The position numbers and the translations under genes are program-made. Below are positions 18,601 to 26,288 of a stretch of DNA of 32,000 nucleotides, piece by piece. Under the pieces are notes generated by a model. It did no database searches and had not been told where the DNA came from. It worked only from the letters and a program-made list of their open reading frames with translations. Positions within the stretch are counted from its first letter, which is position 1. The number at the start of each line of letters is the position of its first letter. This stretch comes from Pseudomonas aeruginosa (GTDB lineage: Bacteria > Pseudomonadota > Gammaproteobacteria > Pseudomonadales > Pseudomonadaceae): assembly GCF_001457615.1 (NCBI RefSeq), contig NZ_LN831024.1:3450001-3482000 (forward strand), in the 5' to 3' direction.

Positions 18601-21600
18601 CACCGAGTCCACCGTGGTGCTGGCCGGGCCGCTGGTGTTGCCGGCAGCGTCCTGGGCCACCGCATTGACCACCGTGCCATTGGCCAGCGGCGTGCCGGGC
18701 GTGAAGCTCCAGTTGCCGCTGCCATCGGCGGTGACCTGGCCGATCGGGTTGCCGTTGCCGTCGGTGAGGATCACCGTGGCACCAGCCTCGGCGGTACCGG
18801 CGATCACGCTACCGTTGCTCGGATCGATCACCGGGGCTGCTGGCGCCAGCGAGTCGACGGTGGCGCTGGTGGGACTGCTGTTGTTGCCGGCGGCGTCCTG
18901 GGCCAGCGCATTGATCACCGTGCCATTGGCCAACGGCGTAGCGGGCGTGAAGGCCCAGTTGCCGCTGCCGTCGGCGGTGACCTGGCCGATCGGGTTGCCG
19001 TTGCCGTCGGTGAGGATCACCGTGGCCCCGGCTTCCGCCGTACCGCTGATGACGACTCCGTTGCTCGGATCGATCACCGGCGCCGGCGGGGCGATGGCAT
19101 CGACGGTGACGCTGGCCGGACCGCTGGTGTTGCCGGCCGGGTCCTGGGCCACGGCGTTGATCACGGTGCCGTTGGCCAGCGGGGTGCCCGGGGTGAACGT
19201 CCAGTTGCCGCTGCCGTCGGCGGTAGCCTGGCCAATCGGGTTGCCTCCGCCATCGGTGAGGATCACCGTCGCGCCAGCCTCCGCGGTACCGCTTATCTCG
19301 GTGCCGTTGCTCGGATCGATCACCGGCGCCGCCGGGGCCACGCCATCCACCGTGATCACCGCCGGCGCACTGTCGACATTGCTTGGGCTGCGCGCCACCA
19401 CGTTGACCACCGTGCCATCCGGCAGCGGGATGCCTGGAGTGAAGGACCAGTTGCCGCTGCCGTCGGCGGTGACCTGGCCAATCGGGTTGCCGTTGCCATC
19501 GGTGATGATGATGGTGTTGCCGGCGTCCGCGGTGCCGCTGATCACCGAACCGTTGCTCGGATCCACCTGCGGGATCGACGGCAGCGAGGAATCCACCGTC
19601 GTGGTAGCGGGAGCGCTGGTATTGCCGGCGGCGTCGCTCGCGGTCACGTTGACCACGGTGCCGTTGGGTAGTTGCGAGCCGGGCGTGAAGCTCCAGTTGC
19701 CGCTGCCATCGGCGGTGGTCTGGCCGATCGGGTTGCCGTTGCCGTCGGTCAAGGTCACGGTGCTGCCCGGCTCGGCGGTACCGTTGAGCAGGTTGCCGTT
19801 GCTCGGATTGACCACAGGCGTGTTCGGCGCCACCGCGTCCACGGTAGTGCTGCCCTGCGGGCCGGTATTGCCCGCAGGGTCCTGGGCCACGGCGTTGACC
19901 ACCGTGCCGTTGGCCAGCGGCGTGGCGGGCGTGAAGGTCCAGTTGCCGCTGCCGTCGGCGGTGGTTTCGCCGATCGGGTTGCCGTTGCCGTCGGTGAGGA
20001 TCACCTTGGCCCCGGCCTCCGCGGTGCCGCTGATGGTCGTGCCGTTGCTCGGATCGATCACCGGCGCCGGCGGCGCCACCGCGTCCACCGTGGTGGCGGC
20101 CTGCGGGCCGGTATTGCCGGTCGGGTCGGTGGCCGTGGCGACGATCACCGTGCCGTTGGCCAGCGGCGTGCCCGGCGTGAAGCTCCAGTTGCCGCTGCCG
20201 TCGGCGGTGACCTGCCCTATCGGGTTGCCGCCGGCATCGGTGAGGGTCACGGTGGCACCGGCCTCGGCGGTGCCGCTGATGACGACGCCGTTGCTCGGGT
20301 TGATCACCGGCGCCGGCGGCGCGCTGGAATCGACGGTCACCGTCGCCGGCGGGCTGCTGTTACCGGCGGCGTCCTCGGCCACCACGTTGACCACAGTACC
20401 GTTGGCGATCGGCGTGGACGGGGTGTAGGTCCAGTTGCCGCTGCCGTCGGCGGTGACCTCGGCGATCGGATTGCCGTTGCCGTCGGTGAGGATCACCGTG
20501 CTGCCCGGCTCGGCGGTGCCGCTGAGGCTGCTGCCATTGCTCAGGTTGACGGTCGGCGTGGCCGGCGCGATGGCGTCCACGGTGGTGCTGCCCTGGCCGC
20601 CGGTATTGCCGGCCGGGTCGGTAGCGGTGGCGTTGACCACTGTTCCATCCGCCAGCGGCGTGGACGGGGTGAAGCTCCAGTTGCCGCTGCCGTCGGCAGT
20701 GACCTGCCCGATGGGATTGCCGCTGCCATCGGTCAGGGTCACCGTGGCGCCCGGTTCGGCGGTGCCGCTGATCTCCGCGCCGTTGCTCGGATTGACCACC
20801 GGCGCGGCCGGCGCCACCGAGTCCACGGTGGTGCTGGCCGGAGCGCTGGTATTGCCGGTCGGGTCGCTGGCCGTGGCGTTGACCACGGTGCCGTTGGCCA
20901 GCGGCGTGCCCGGCGTGAAGCTCCAGTTGCCACTGCCGTCGGCGGTGACCTGGCCTATCGGGTTGCCGTTGCCGTCGGTCAGGGTCACGGTAGCGCCCGG
21001 CTCGGCGGTGCCGCTGAGCGTGGTGCCGTTGCTCGGGTTGAGCACCGGCGCCGCCGGGGCTTGCGAGTCCACGGTGACGCTGGCGCCCGGGCTGCTATTG
21101 CCGGCGGCGTCCTGGGCCACCACGTTGACCACGGTGCCGTTGGCGATCGGCGTGGACGGGGTGTAGGTCCAGTTGCCGCTGCCGTCGGCGGTGACCTCGG
21201 CGATCGGATTGCCGTTGCCGTCGGTGAGGATCACCGTGCTACCCGGTTCCGCAGTGCCGCTGAGGCTGCTGCCGTTGCTCAGGTTGACGGTCGGCGTGGT
21301 CGGCGCCACGCCATCGACGGTGGTGCTGCCCTGGCCGCTGGTGTTGCCCGCCGGATCGGTGGCCGTGGCGTTGACCACGGTTCCATCCGCCAGCGGCGTG
21401 GACGGGGTGAAGCTCCAGTTGCCGCTGCCGTCGGCGGTGACCTGCCCGATCGGGTTGCCGTTGCCATCGGTCAGAGTCACGCTGCTGCCCGGCTCGGCGG
21501 TGCCGCTGAGCGTGGTGCCGTTGCTGGGGTTGATCACTGGCGTGGCCGGGGCTACCGAGTCCACGGTGACACTGCTGCCCGCACTGGTGTTGCCGGAGGC

Positions 21601-23799
21601 GTCGGTGGCCGTGGCGTTGACCACGGTGCCGTTGGGCAACGGCGTGGTCGGAGTGAAGCTCCAGTTGCCGCTGCCGTCGGCGGTGACCTGCCCTATCGGG
21701 TTGCCGTTGCCGTCGGTCAGGGTCACGGTAGCGCCCGGCTCGGCGGTACCGCTGAGCGTGGTGCCGTTGCTCGGGTTGACCACTGGCGTGGCCGGTGCCA
21801 CGGCGTCCACGGTGACGCTGGCCGGCGAACTGGCGTTGCCGGACGGGTCGGTAGCCGTGGCGTTGACCACCGTGCCGTTGGGCAACGGCGTGCTCGGGGT
21901 GAAGGTCCAGTTGCCGCTGCCGTCGGCGGTGACCTGGCCAATCGGATTGCCGTTGCCGTCGGTCAGGGTCACGGTAGCGCCCGGCTCGGCGGTGCCGCTG
22001 AGGGTCGTACCGTTGCTCGGATCGACGGTGGGCGTGGCCGGCGCGACGGCATCCACGGTAACGCTGGCCGGCGGACTGCTGTTGCCGGCGGCATCCCTGG
22101 CCACCACGTTGACCACGGTACCGTCCGGCAGCGGGGTGGACGGCGTGAAAGACCAGTTGCCGTTGGCATCGGCGGTGGTCTGGCCGATCGGATTGCCATT
22201 GCCGTCGGTCAGGGTCACGCTGCTGCCCGGTTCGGCAGTCCCGCTGAGTTCGCTGCCGTTGCTCGGCTCGACCACCGGCGCGTTCGGCGCCACGCCGTCG
22301 ACGGTGATGGAGGTCGCCGGGCTGCTGTTGCCGGCGGCGTCCCTGGCCACCACATTGACCACGGTGCCATCCGGCAGTTGGCTACCGGGGGTGAAGCTCC
22401 AGTTGCCGTTGGCATCGGCGCTGGTCTGGCCGATCGGATTGCCGTTGCCGTCGGTGATCACGATGGTCACGCCCGCTTCCGCCGTACCGCTGAGGACGCT
22501 GCCGTTGCTGGCATTGACCTGGGGCGCGTCGGGGAAGTCGGGAGCTTCGGCGGTGACCGGGGTGCTGCTGTTGCCGGCCGGGTCGGTAACGATCACCGTC
22601 ACCGTCTCGCCATTGGTCAGCGGCGGGTTCAGCGGGACCTCGAAGCTGCCGCCGGGGCCGACCACCACGGTGGTGTCCGGCTGGCCGTCGCCATCGGTGT
22701 CGACACCGACGGTGGCGCCCGGCTCTGCGTTGCCGGTGACGCTGCTGCCGTCCGGCGCCACCTGCACGTCGGTGGCCGGCGCCGGGGCTGTGGTGTCCGG
22801 CGCCTCGACGGTCACCGGGGTGCTGTTGTTGCCGGCCGGGTCGGTAACGATCACCGTCACCGTCTCGCCATTGGTCAGCGGCGGGTTCAGCGGAACCTCG
22901 AAGCTGCCGCCGGGGCCGACCACCACGGTGGTGTCCGGCTGGCCGTCGCCGTCGGTATCGACGCCCACCGTCGAGCCGGGTTCGGCCTTGCCGGTGACGC
23001 TGCTGCCGTCCGGCGCCACCTGCACGTCGGTAGCCGGCGCCGGGGCGGTAGTGTCCGGAGCGGTGACCTGGGCCGGCGGGCTGGCGTTGCCAGCCGGGTC
23101 AGTGACCACCACGGTGACCGTCTGGCCATTGGTCAGCGGCGGGTTCAGCGGAGCGGTGAAATTGCCGTTGGCATCGGCGATCACGGTGAGGTCCGGCTTG
23201 CCGTCGCCATTGGTATCGATGCCGACGCTCGCGCCGGCCTCGGCCTGGCCGCTGATGCTGCTGCCGTCAGGCGCTATCTTCAGGCCGCTGGCCGCCTTCG
23301 GCGGAGTGGTGTCCGGGGGCACCGAAGAACCGCCGCCGCCACCGCCACCGCTGCTGTTGGAAATCGCCACCCCGGCGCCGATGGCCGCCGCACCGACCAG
23401 CAGCGCAGTCCCTGCGCTCATGCCACCGAGCACACCGGCGCCGGTCAGCGACTCGAAACCGGCCAGGCTTTCCTGCGGGATGTAGCCGGCCATCAGCGGC
23501 CCGTCGGCGGCGACCGGCGGCAGGTCTACCGCCACCAGCTTATCCTTGTCGGCCAGGAACAGCTGGCTGGAAGGCTGGCCTTCCGCATAGAAGTTGGCGA
23601 TGCGTACGCTTTCCCCGGTCTTCAGTTGGACGATCAGGTCCGAACCGCTCTTCGAGTATCCCGCCACCGACTCCGGTGCGACATCGAGCGCGACATTACT
23701 GCTCTGGGAGAGTTTGAGTATCCCGTTTTCCGGAACCTCGACGGCAGCCGCAGAAGAAATACTCTGATCGATAGGGGTAACTTTCGCCTGGATCGACAT
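15655..23799 (-). CDS. bapA: Giant repeat-rich T1SS adhesin (BapA/PA1874-like): BapA-prefix-like N-domain, 3 + ~22 Ig-like repeats, RTX-like GGxGxD region, C-terminal T1SS signal
   Basis: Single 8.1-kb frame. Start chosen at MSIQAKV (23799), with GAGGA 9 nt upstream; in-frame alternatives are at 23808 and 23844. C-terminus has GDDVLSG...NGGDGSDLI...GNGNDTI Ca-binding-type repeats, an acidic region, and a hydrophobic ...TLLIEDNTVQVVV tail typical of type I substrates. Confidence 0.93.
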   Translation of the reverse strand: MSIQAKVTPIDQSISSAAAVEVPENGILKLSQSSNVALDVAPESVAGYSKSGSDLIVQLKTGESVRIANFYAEGQPSSQLFLADKDKLVAVDLPPVAADGPLMAGYIPQESLAGFESLTGAGVLGGMSAGTALLVGAAAIGAGVAISNSSGGGGGGGSSVPPDTTPPKAASGLKIAPDGSSISGQAEAGASVGIDTNGDGKPDLTVIADANGNFTAPLNPPLTNGQTVTVVVTDPAGNASPPAQVTAPDTTAPAPATDVQVAPDGSSVTGKAEPGSTVGVDTDGDGQPDTTVVVGPGGSFEVPLNPPLTNGETVTVIVTDPAGNNSTPVTVEAPDTTAPAPATDVQVAPDGSSVTGNAEPGATVGVDTDGDGQPDTTVVVGPGGSFEVPLNPPLTNGETVTVIVTDPAGNSSTPVTAEAPDFPDAPQVNASNGSVLSGTAEAGVTIVITDGNGNPIGQTSADANGNWSFTPGSQLPDGTVVNVVARDAAGNSSPATSITVDGVAPNAPVVEPSNGSELSGTAEPGSSVTLTDGNGNPIGQTTADANGNWSFTPSTPLPDGTVVNVVARDAAGNSSPPASVTVDAVAPATPTVDPSNGTTLSGTAEPGATVTLTDGNGNPIGQVTADGSGNWTFTPSTPLPNGTVVNATATDPSGNASSPASVTVDAVAPATPVVNPSNGTTLSGTAEPGATVTLTDGNGNPIGQVTADGSGNWSFTPTTPLPNGTVVNATATDASGNTSAGSSVTVDSVAPATPVINPSNGTTLSGTAEPGSSVTLTDGNGNPIGQVTADGSGNWSFTPSTPLADGTVVNATATDPAGNTSGQGSTTVDGVAPTTPTVNLSNGSSLSGTAEPGSTVILTDGNGNPIAEVTADGSGNWTYTPSTPIANGTVVNVVAQDAAGNSSPGASVTVDSQAPAAPVLNPSNGTTLSGTAEPGATVTLTDGNGNPIGQVTADGSGNWSFTPGTPLANGTVVNATASDPTGNTSAPASTTVDSVAPAAPVVNPSNGAEISGTAEPGATVTLTDGSGNPIGQVTADGSGNWSFTPSTPLADGTVVNATATDPAGNTGGQGSTTVDAIAPATPTVNLSNGSSLSGTAEPGSTVILTDGNGNPIAEVTADGSGNWTYTPSTPIANGTVVNVVAEDAAGNSSPPATVTVDSSAPPAPVINPSNGVVISGTAEAGATVTLTDAGGNPIGQVTADGSGNWSFTPGTPLANGTVIVATATDPTGNTGPQAATTVDAVAPPAPVIDPSNGTTISGTAEAGAKVILTDGNGNPIGETTADGSGNWTFTPATPLANGTVVNAVAQDPAGNTGPQGSTTVDAVAPNTPVVNPSNGNLLNGTAEPGSTVTLTDGNGNPIGQTTADGSGNWSFTPGSQLPNGTVVNVTASDAAGNTSAPATTTVDSSLPSIPQVDPSNGSVISGTADAGNTIIITDGNGNPIGQVTADGSGNWSFTPGIPLPDGTVVNVVARSPSNVDSAPAVITVDGVAPAAPVIDPSNGTEISGTAEAGATVILTDGGGNPIGQATADGSGNWTFTPGTPLANGTVINAVAQDPAGNTSGPASVTVDAIAPPAPVIDPSNGVVISGTAEAGATVILTDGNGNPIGQVTADGSGNWAFTPATPLANGTVINALAQDAAGNNSSPTSATVDSLAPAAPVIDPSNGSVIAGTAEAGATVILTDGNGNPIGQVTADGSGNWSFTPGTPLANGTVVNAVAQDAAGNTSGPASTTVDSVAPAAPVIDPSNGSVIAGTAEAGATVILTDGGGNPIGQATADGSGNWTFTPSTPLANGTVINAVAQDPAGNTSGPASVTVDAIAPPAPVINPSNGVVISGTAEAGATVILTDGNGNPIGQVTADGSGNWSFTPGTPLANGSVINALAQDAAGNTSGPASTTVDSVAPATPVLDPSNGTVISGTAEAGATVILTDGGGNPIGQATADGSGNWSFTPGTPLTNGTVINAVAQDAAGNTSGPVSTTVDAVAPATPVIDPSNGVELSGTAEPGVRVILTDGNGNPIGQTLADGSGNWTFTPGTPLVNGTVVNAVAQDPAGNTSGPASTTVDTVAPATPVINASNGSVITGTAEVGAKVILTDGNGNPIGETTADGSGNWTFTPGTPLANGTVINAVAEDAAGNASGPASTTVDSVAPSAPLLSISADGALLTGTAEPNSQVRIVVNGDTANPITVTVDGAGNFSLPFAPPLITGELIAGVAVDAAGNVSGPATINAPDLAPPTISVPEAADTWINAAEIGDGIQVDVTVRPTMQVGQVVTVKFAGQNGYEAEVSHTLTAGDIAAGNLTLTLTPPGGMGPFPEGASTVTADINGGTASTPVPFTIDTIPPATPVLSLVGNILTISAEPGTELTVTVDVGGVTATATVTADNSGLASLNLLTDLDIDFSWDQLLNAQVSVVGRDPAGNPSNTASIGVGTSIEQPVTIGNFGLDVSLNPLNPRFGFSGTTEPDSSVVIRVITPALNVELLPIQADSSGNFSLNLLSPTILTQLGLNITDILNLGSQISFNLVSTDSNGNDSAAYGITLTPNGLSLNIGQIDVNGTSGDDVLSGANGSSEHINGGDGSDLIFNVGTGDHVVAGNGNDTIQITATDFVSIDGGAGFDTLVLANGIDLDYNAVGVGTLSNLERIDLGKGDSGSVLTLTAAEVDAITDANNTLQITGENNDTLNVVGAVNTGTTQLINGITYDVYTFGSTTLLIEDNTVQVVV
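17356..22521 (-). repeat. In-frame tandem array: 21 clear copies (plus 1 degenerate, to ~17110) of a 246-bp / 82-aa Ig-like unit
   Basis: Hand-parsed units of the form V(I/V)(D/N)PSNG..(I/L)SGTAE(A/P)GATV.LTDGNGNPIGQVTADGSGNW.FTP.TPLANGTV.NA.A.D.AGNTS....TVD..AP..P. Boundaries are +/- a few nt. Confidence 0.9.
22537..23319 (-). repeat. Three tandem copies of a distinct 258-bp / 86-aa repeat (APDGSS.(S/T)G.AE...D(T)(D/N)GDG.PD...)
   Basis: The string TTGCC(G/A)GCCGGGTC(G/A)GT... recurs at 22571, 22829 and 23087, exactly 258 bp apart. Copies 2 and 3 are near-identical at the protein level. Confidence 0.9.
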
Positions 23800-23850
23800 T
23801 TCCGACATTCCTCTTGTCAAGCAGCGACCGAACGGCCGCACCATGTAATC

Positions 23851-24130
23851 CAGAAATAGCAGCTTTTAAATAAAAGGCGAGTCTGACTTTATATATAACG
23901 ACTAAGAAAACCCCCATGAAAAATTCAATTTAGATAACCCCTGGAAAACATGCAGCCATTTAGCCATCACACGCCTATCTAATTGATAAACAATATATAA
24001 TCAAAAAGTTATAATACTTTATAAACAACCCCCATCACCTGGCACGGCAAATCGACTAAATAACCCAGCGGGCAAATATCAGAACTCTACGATGCGTATT
24101 TCATAAAAAACCGGGAGAAATGAAATAGCA
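23851..24130. promoter_or_regulatory. A+T-rich island (~36% G+C by hand count) holding the adhesin-operon promoter region, divergent from the corA-like gene
   Basis: 100 G/C in 280 nt by my count, against ~65-70% for flanking DNA. Many TATA/AATA tracts. No convincing ORF. Confidence 0.6.
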
Positions 24131-24260
24131 CTTCCCGGCACCTCGTAGTTCGTCGGCGCGAGGCGACGGCAAGACGACCCCGACAGTTCCAACGGAAAGC
24201 ATCGCCGGGCATCCCGCGAAGCGGCCTTCATCGTCCTGCAATCAAAGCGTCATCGTCACG

Positions 24261-25322
24261 ATGCCAAGTTATCCAACCGATCCTCTCCCGCGAGCGACCA
24301 TGCATCACGGTATCTCCCCGCCCCAGGACGCCGACCTGTTCGGCCTGATCTACGGTTTCCGTTTCCGCCCCGGCGAAGCGGGGCGGGAAATCGACTCGGC
24401 TACCGCCCTCGCCTGCCTGCGGCAGGCTCGCGAGGAGGCGCCGGACGAGTTCCTCTGGCTGCACCTGAACCTCGCCCATGCCGCCTGCGAGCGCTGGATG
24501 AAGAAGCATCTGGAACTGCCGGATTATTTCTTCGAAAGCCTGCGCGAGGGGTCGCGCTCGACGCGCATCGAACACGTCGACTCGGCGCTGCTGGCAGTGG
24601 TCAACGACGTGGTCTTCAACTTCGGCCTGGTCTCTTCGGACGTCGCCACCCTGTGGGTCTGCGCCCGTGGCCGGCTGCTGGTCAGTGCACGAGCGCAACC
24701 GCTGCGCTCGGTGGACAAGCTGCGCTCTTCGGTGAAGCACGGCGAACCTTTCCGTTCGCCCCTGCAGTTGCTGATCCACCTGTTGCGCGACCAGGGCGAC
24801 GTGCTGACCCAGATCGTCCGCGAAACCAGCGTCGCAGTGGACCGCATCGAGGACCAGCTACTGGCCCTGCGCCTCTCCGCCAACCGCGCCGACCTCGGCG
24901 CCATGCGGCGCGTGCTGGTACGCCTGCAACGCCTGCTGGCGCTGGAGCCCGGTTCGCTGCTGCGCCTGCTCAACCGACCGCCGGAATGGCTACAGGATGC
25001 CGACCTGCGTGAGTTGCGCGAAGCCACCGAGGAGTTCTCCCTGGTGATCAGCGACCTGACCGCCCTGGGCGAACGGATCAAGCTGCTGCAGGAAGAGATC
25101 GCGGCCAAGCTCAACGAACAGAACAACCGCATCCTCTTCACCCTGACCATGGTCACGGTGCTGGCCCTGCCGATCAACATCGTCGCCGGCTTCTTCGGCA
25201 TGAACGTCGGCGGGATTCCCTTCGCCGACGATCCTGAAGGCTTCTGGATCATGCTCGTGCTGGTCGCCAGCTTCACCTTCCTCGCCGGCCGCTGGGCCTT
25301 CCGCAAGCGCGGCGACTATTGA
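24261..25322 (+). CDS. CorA/ZntB-family divalent-cation channel
   Basis: C-terminal two-TM unit with the signature FFGMNVGG (GMN motif) and a large soluble N-domain. The start could instead be the ATG at 24300 (MHHGIS); neither has a strong SD. Confidence 0.85.
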   Translation: MPSYPTDPLPRATMHHGISPPQDADLFGLIYGFRFRPGEAGREIDSATALACLRQAREEAPDEFLWLHLNLAHAACERWMKKHLELPDYFFESLREGSRSTRIEHVDSALLAVVNDVVFNFGLVSSDVATLWVCARGRLLVSARAQPLRSVDKLRSSVKHGEPFRSPLQLLIHLLRDQGDVLTQIVRETSVAVDRIEDQLLALRLSANRADLGAMRRVLVRLQRLLALEPGSLLRLLNRPPEWLQDADLRELREATEEFSLVISDLTALGERIKLLQEEIAAKLNEQNNRILFTLTMVTVLALPINIVAGFFGMNVGGIPFADDPEGFWIMLVLVASFTFLAGRWAFRKRGDY

Positions 25323-25382
25323 GCGTGGACAACGCCGGCGGACAGTGGTTAGGTTGACCGACCACCGTCAGCCGGACCTTCC

Positions 25383-26174
25383 ATGAGCCTTTCCCCCGCC
25401 GATCTCAAGCAACTCCAGGCCGCCAAGAACCTGCTGGAGAACCCTGGACTCACCGCGCAACTCACCAGCCTGCTGGGCACGCCGATCGAATACGGCCTGA
25501 AGAAGCTGCCGCGGAAGGTCAACGAGAAGCTCGGTTCGGTGATCGAGGGAGCGCTGCTGAAAGTCGCCCGCTCGGCCACCGCCACTCTCCAGGAAAACGC
25601 CAGCGGTCAACCGGCGAACCGCCTGCATACCCTCGGCGCCGCCGTTTCCGGTGGCGTCGGCGGCTTCTTCGGGCCGCTGGCGATGCTGGTCGAGGTGCCG
25701 GTCACCACCGGCATCATCTTCCGTTCCATCGCCGACATCGCGCGCAGCGAGGGCGAGTCGATCAGGGACATGGACACCCTGATGGCCTGTATCGAAGTCT
25801 TCGCCCTCGGCGGCAAATCCGCCTCGGACGACGCGTCGGAGTCCGGCTACTACGCGGTGCGTACGGCGCTGGCCCAGCAGGTCAAGGCGGCTGCCGACTT
25901 CCTCGGCAAGGACGCCGGCAGCAAGAAGGCCGCGCCGATGCTCCTGGCCCTGGTGCGCAAGGTCGCCGAGCGCCTGGGCGTGCAGTATTCGGAAAAGCTT
26001 GCGGCGCAGATCGTGCCCATCGTCGGTGCCCTCGGCGGCGCGGCGATCAACACGGTGTTCATGAACCATTTCCAGGCCATGGCGCGCGGTCACTTCGTCG
26101 TCCGCCGCCTGGAACGCCACTACGGCAAGGATGTGGTTCGCGACGCCTACGCCCTGCTGCCCCGGCGCGGCTGA
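25383..26174 (+). CDS. Hypothetical protein, probably EcsC family (PA1872-like)
   Basis: 263 aa with good GC3 bias. Gly-rich hydrophobic segments (GAAVSGGVGGFFGPLAMLVEVP, IVPIVGALGGAAINTVF). The EcsC assignment is pattern memory, not a search. Confidence 0.7.
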   Translation: MSLSPADLKQLQAAKNLLENPGLTAQLTSLLGTPIEYGLKKLPRKVNEKLGSVIEGALLKVARSATATLQENASGQPANRLHTLGAAVSGGVGGFFGPLAMLVEVPVTTGIIFRSIADIARSEGESIRDMDTLMACIEVFALGGKSASDDASESGYYAVRTALAQQVKAAADFLGKDAGSKKAAPMLLALVRKVAERLGVQYSEKLAAQIVPIVGALGGAAINTVFMNHFQAMARGHFVVRRLERHYGKDVVRDAYALLPRRG

Positions 26175-26259
26175 GCATGCCGGCCCACGCGGTCAGCCTG
26201 GCGCCGGGCGCGGCGGCAGCGACGCGCCAGCTGTTCAGCGCCGTTTCGCTCGCGGCGGA

Positions 26260-26277
26260 GCCCGGCTGGAGCCGGGC
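26260..26277. terminator. Short GC hairpin between convergent PA1872-like gene and lasA
   Basis: GCCCGGCT-gg-AGCCGGGC. No flanking T/A run. Confidence 0.3.
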
Positions 26278-26288
26278 CCCGCGCCGAC

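Noticed and set aside
17356-22521. Regular 246-bp repeats considered as a CRISPR-like or satellite array
   Set aside because: The repeats are contiguous, in-frame and coding (82-aa Ig-like units) with no unique spacers. No cas genes are in the window.
23740-23757. SSAAAV near the adhesin N-terminus as a possible LapG di-alanine cleavage site
   Set aside because: It lies ~15 residues from the N-terminus, before rather than after the folded N-domain. No lapD/lapG genes are nearby. AA dipeptides are common in this Ala-rich proteome.
15742-23859. Very long + strand ORFs antisense to the adhesin (15742-19671, 17315-20428, 19672-23859, 21173-23485 and others)
   Set aside because: Arg/Gly/Ala/Val-rich translations with no motifs. 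They exist only because GC-rich, stop-poor repeats are open in several frames. The minus-strand frame has clear Ig-like repeats, RTX-type motifs and a T1SS C-terminal signal.
24040-24056. TGGCAC motif resembling a sigma-54 -24 element (another at 28291-28308)
   Set aside because: The -12 element is absent at the required spacing: ATCG or CCTT where TTGC is expected, and GG-N10-GC is not satisfied. The second is also on the wrong strand for any gene.
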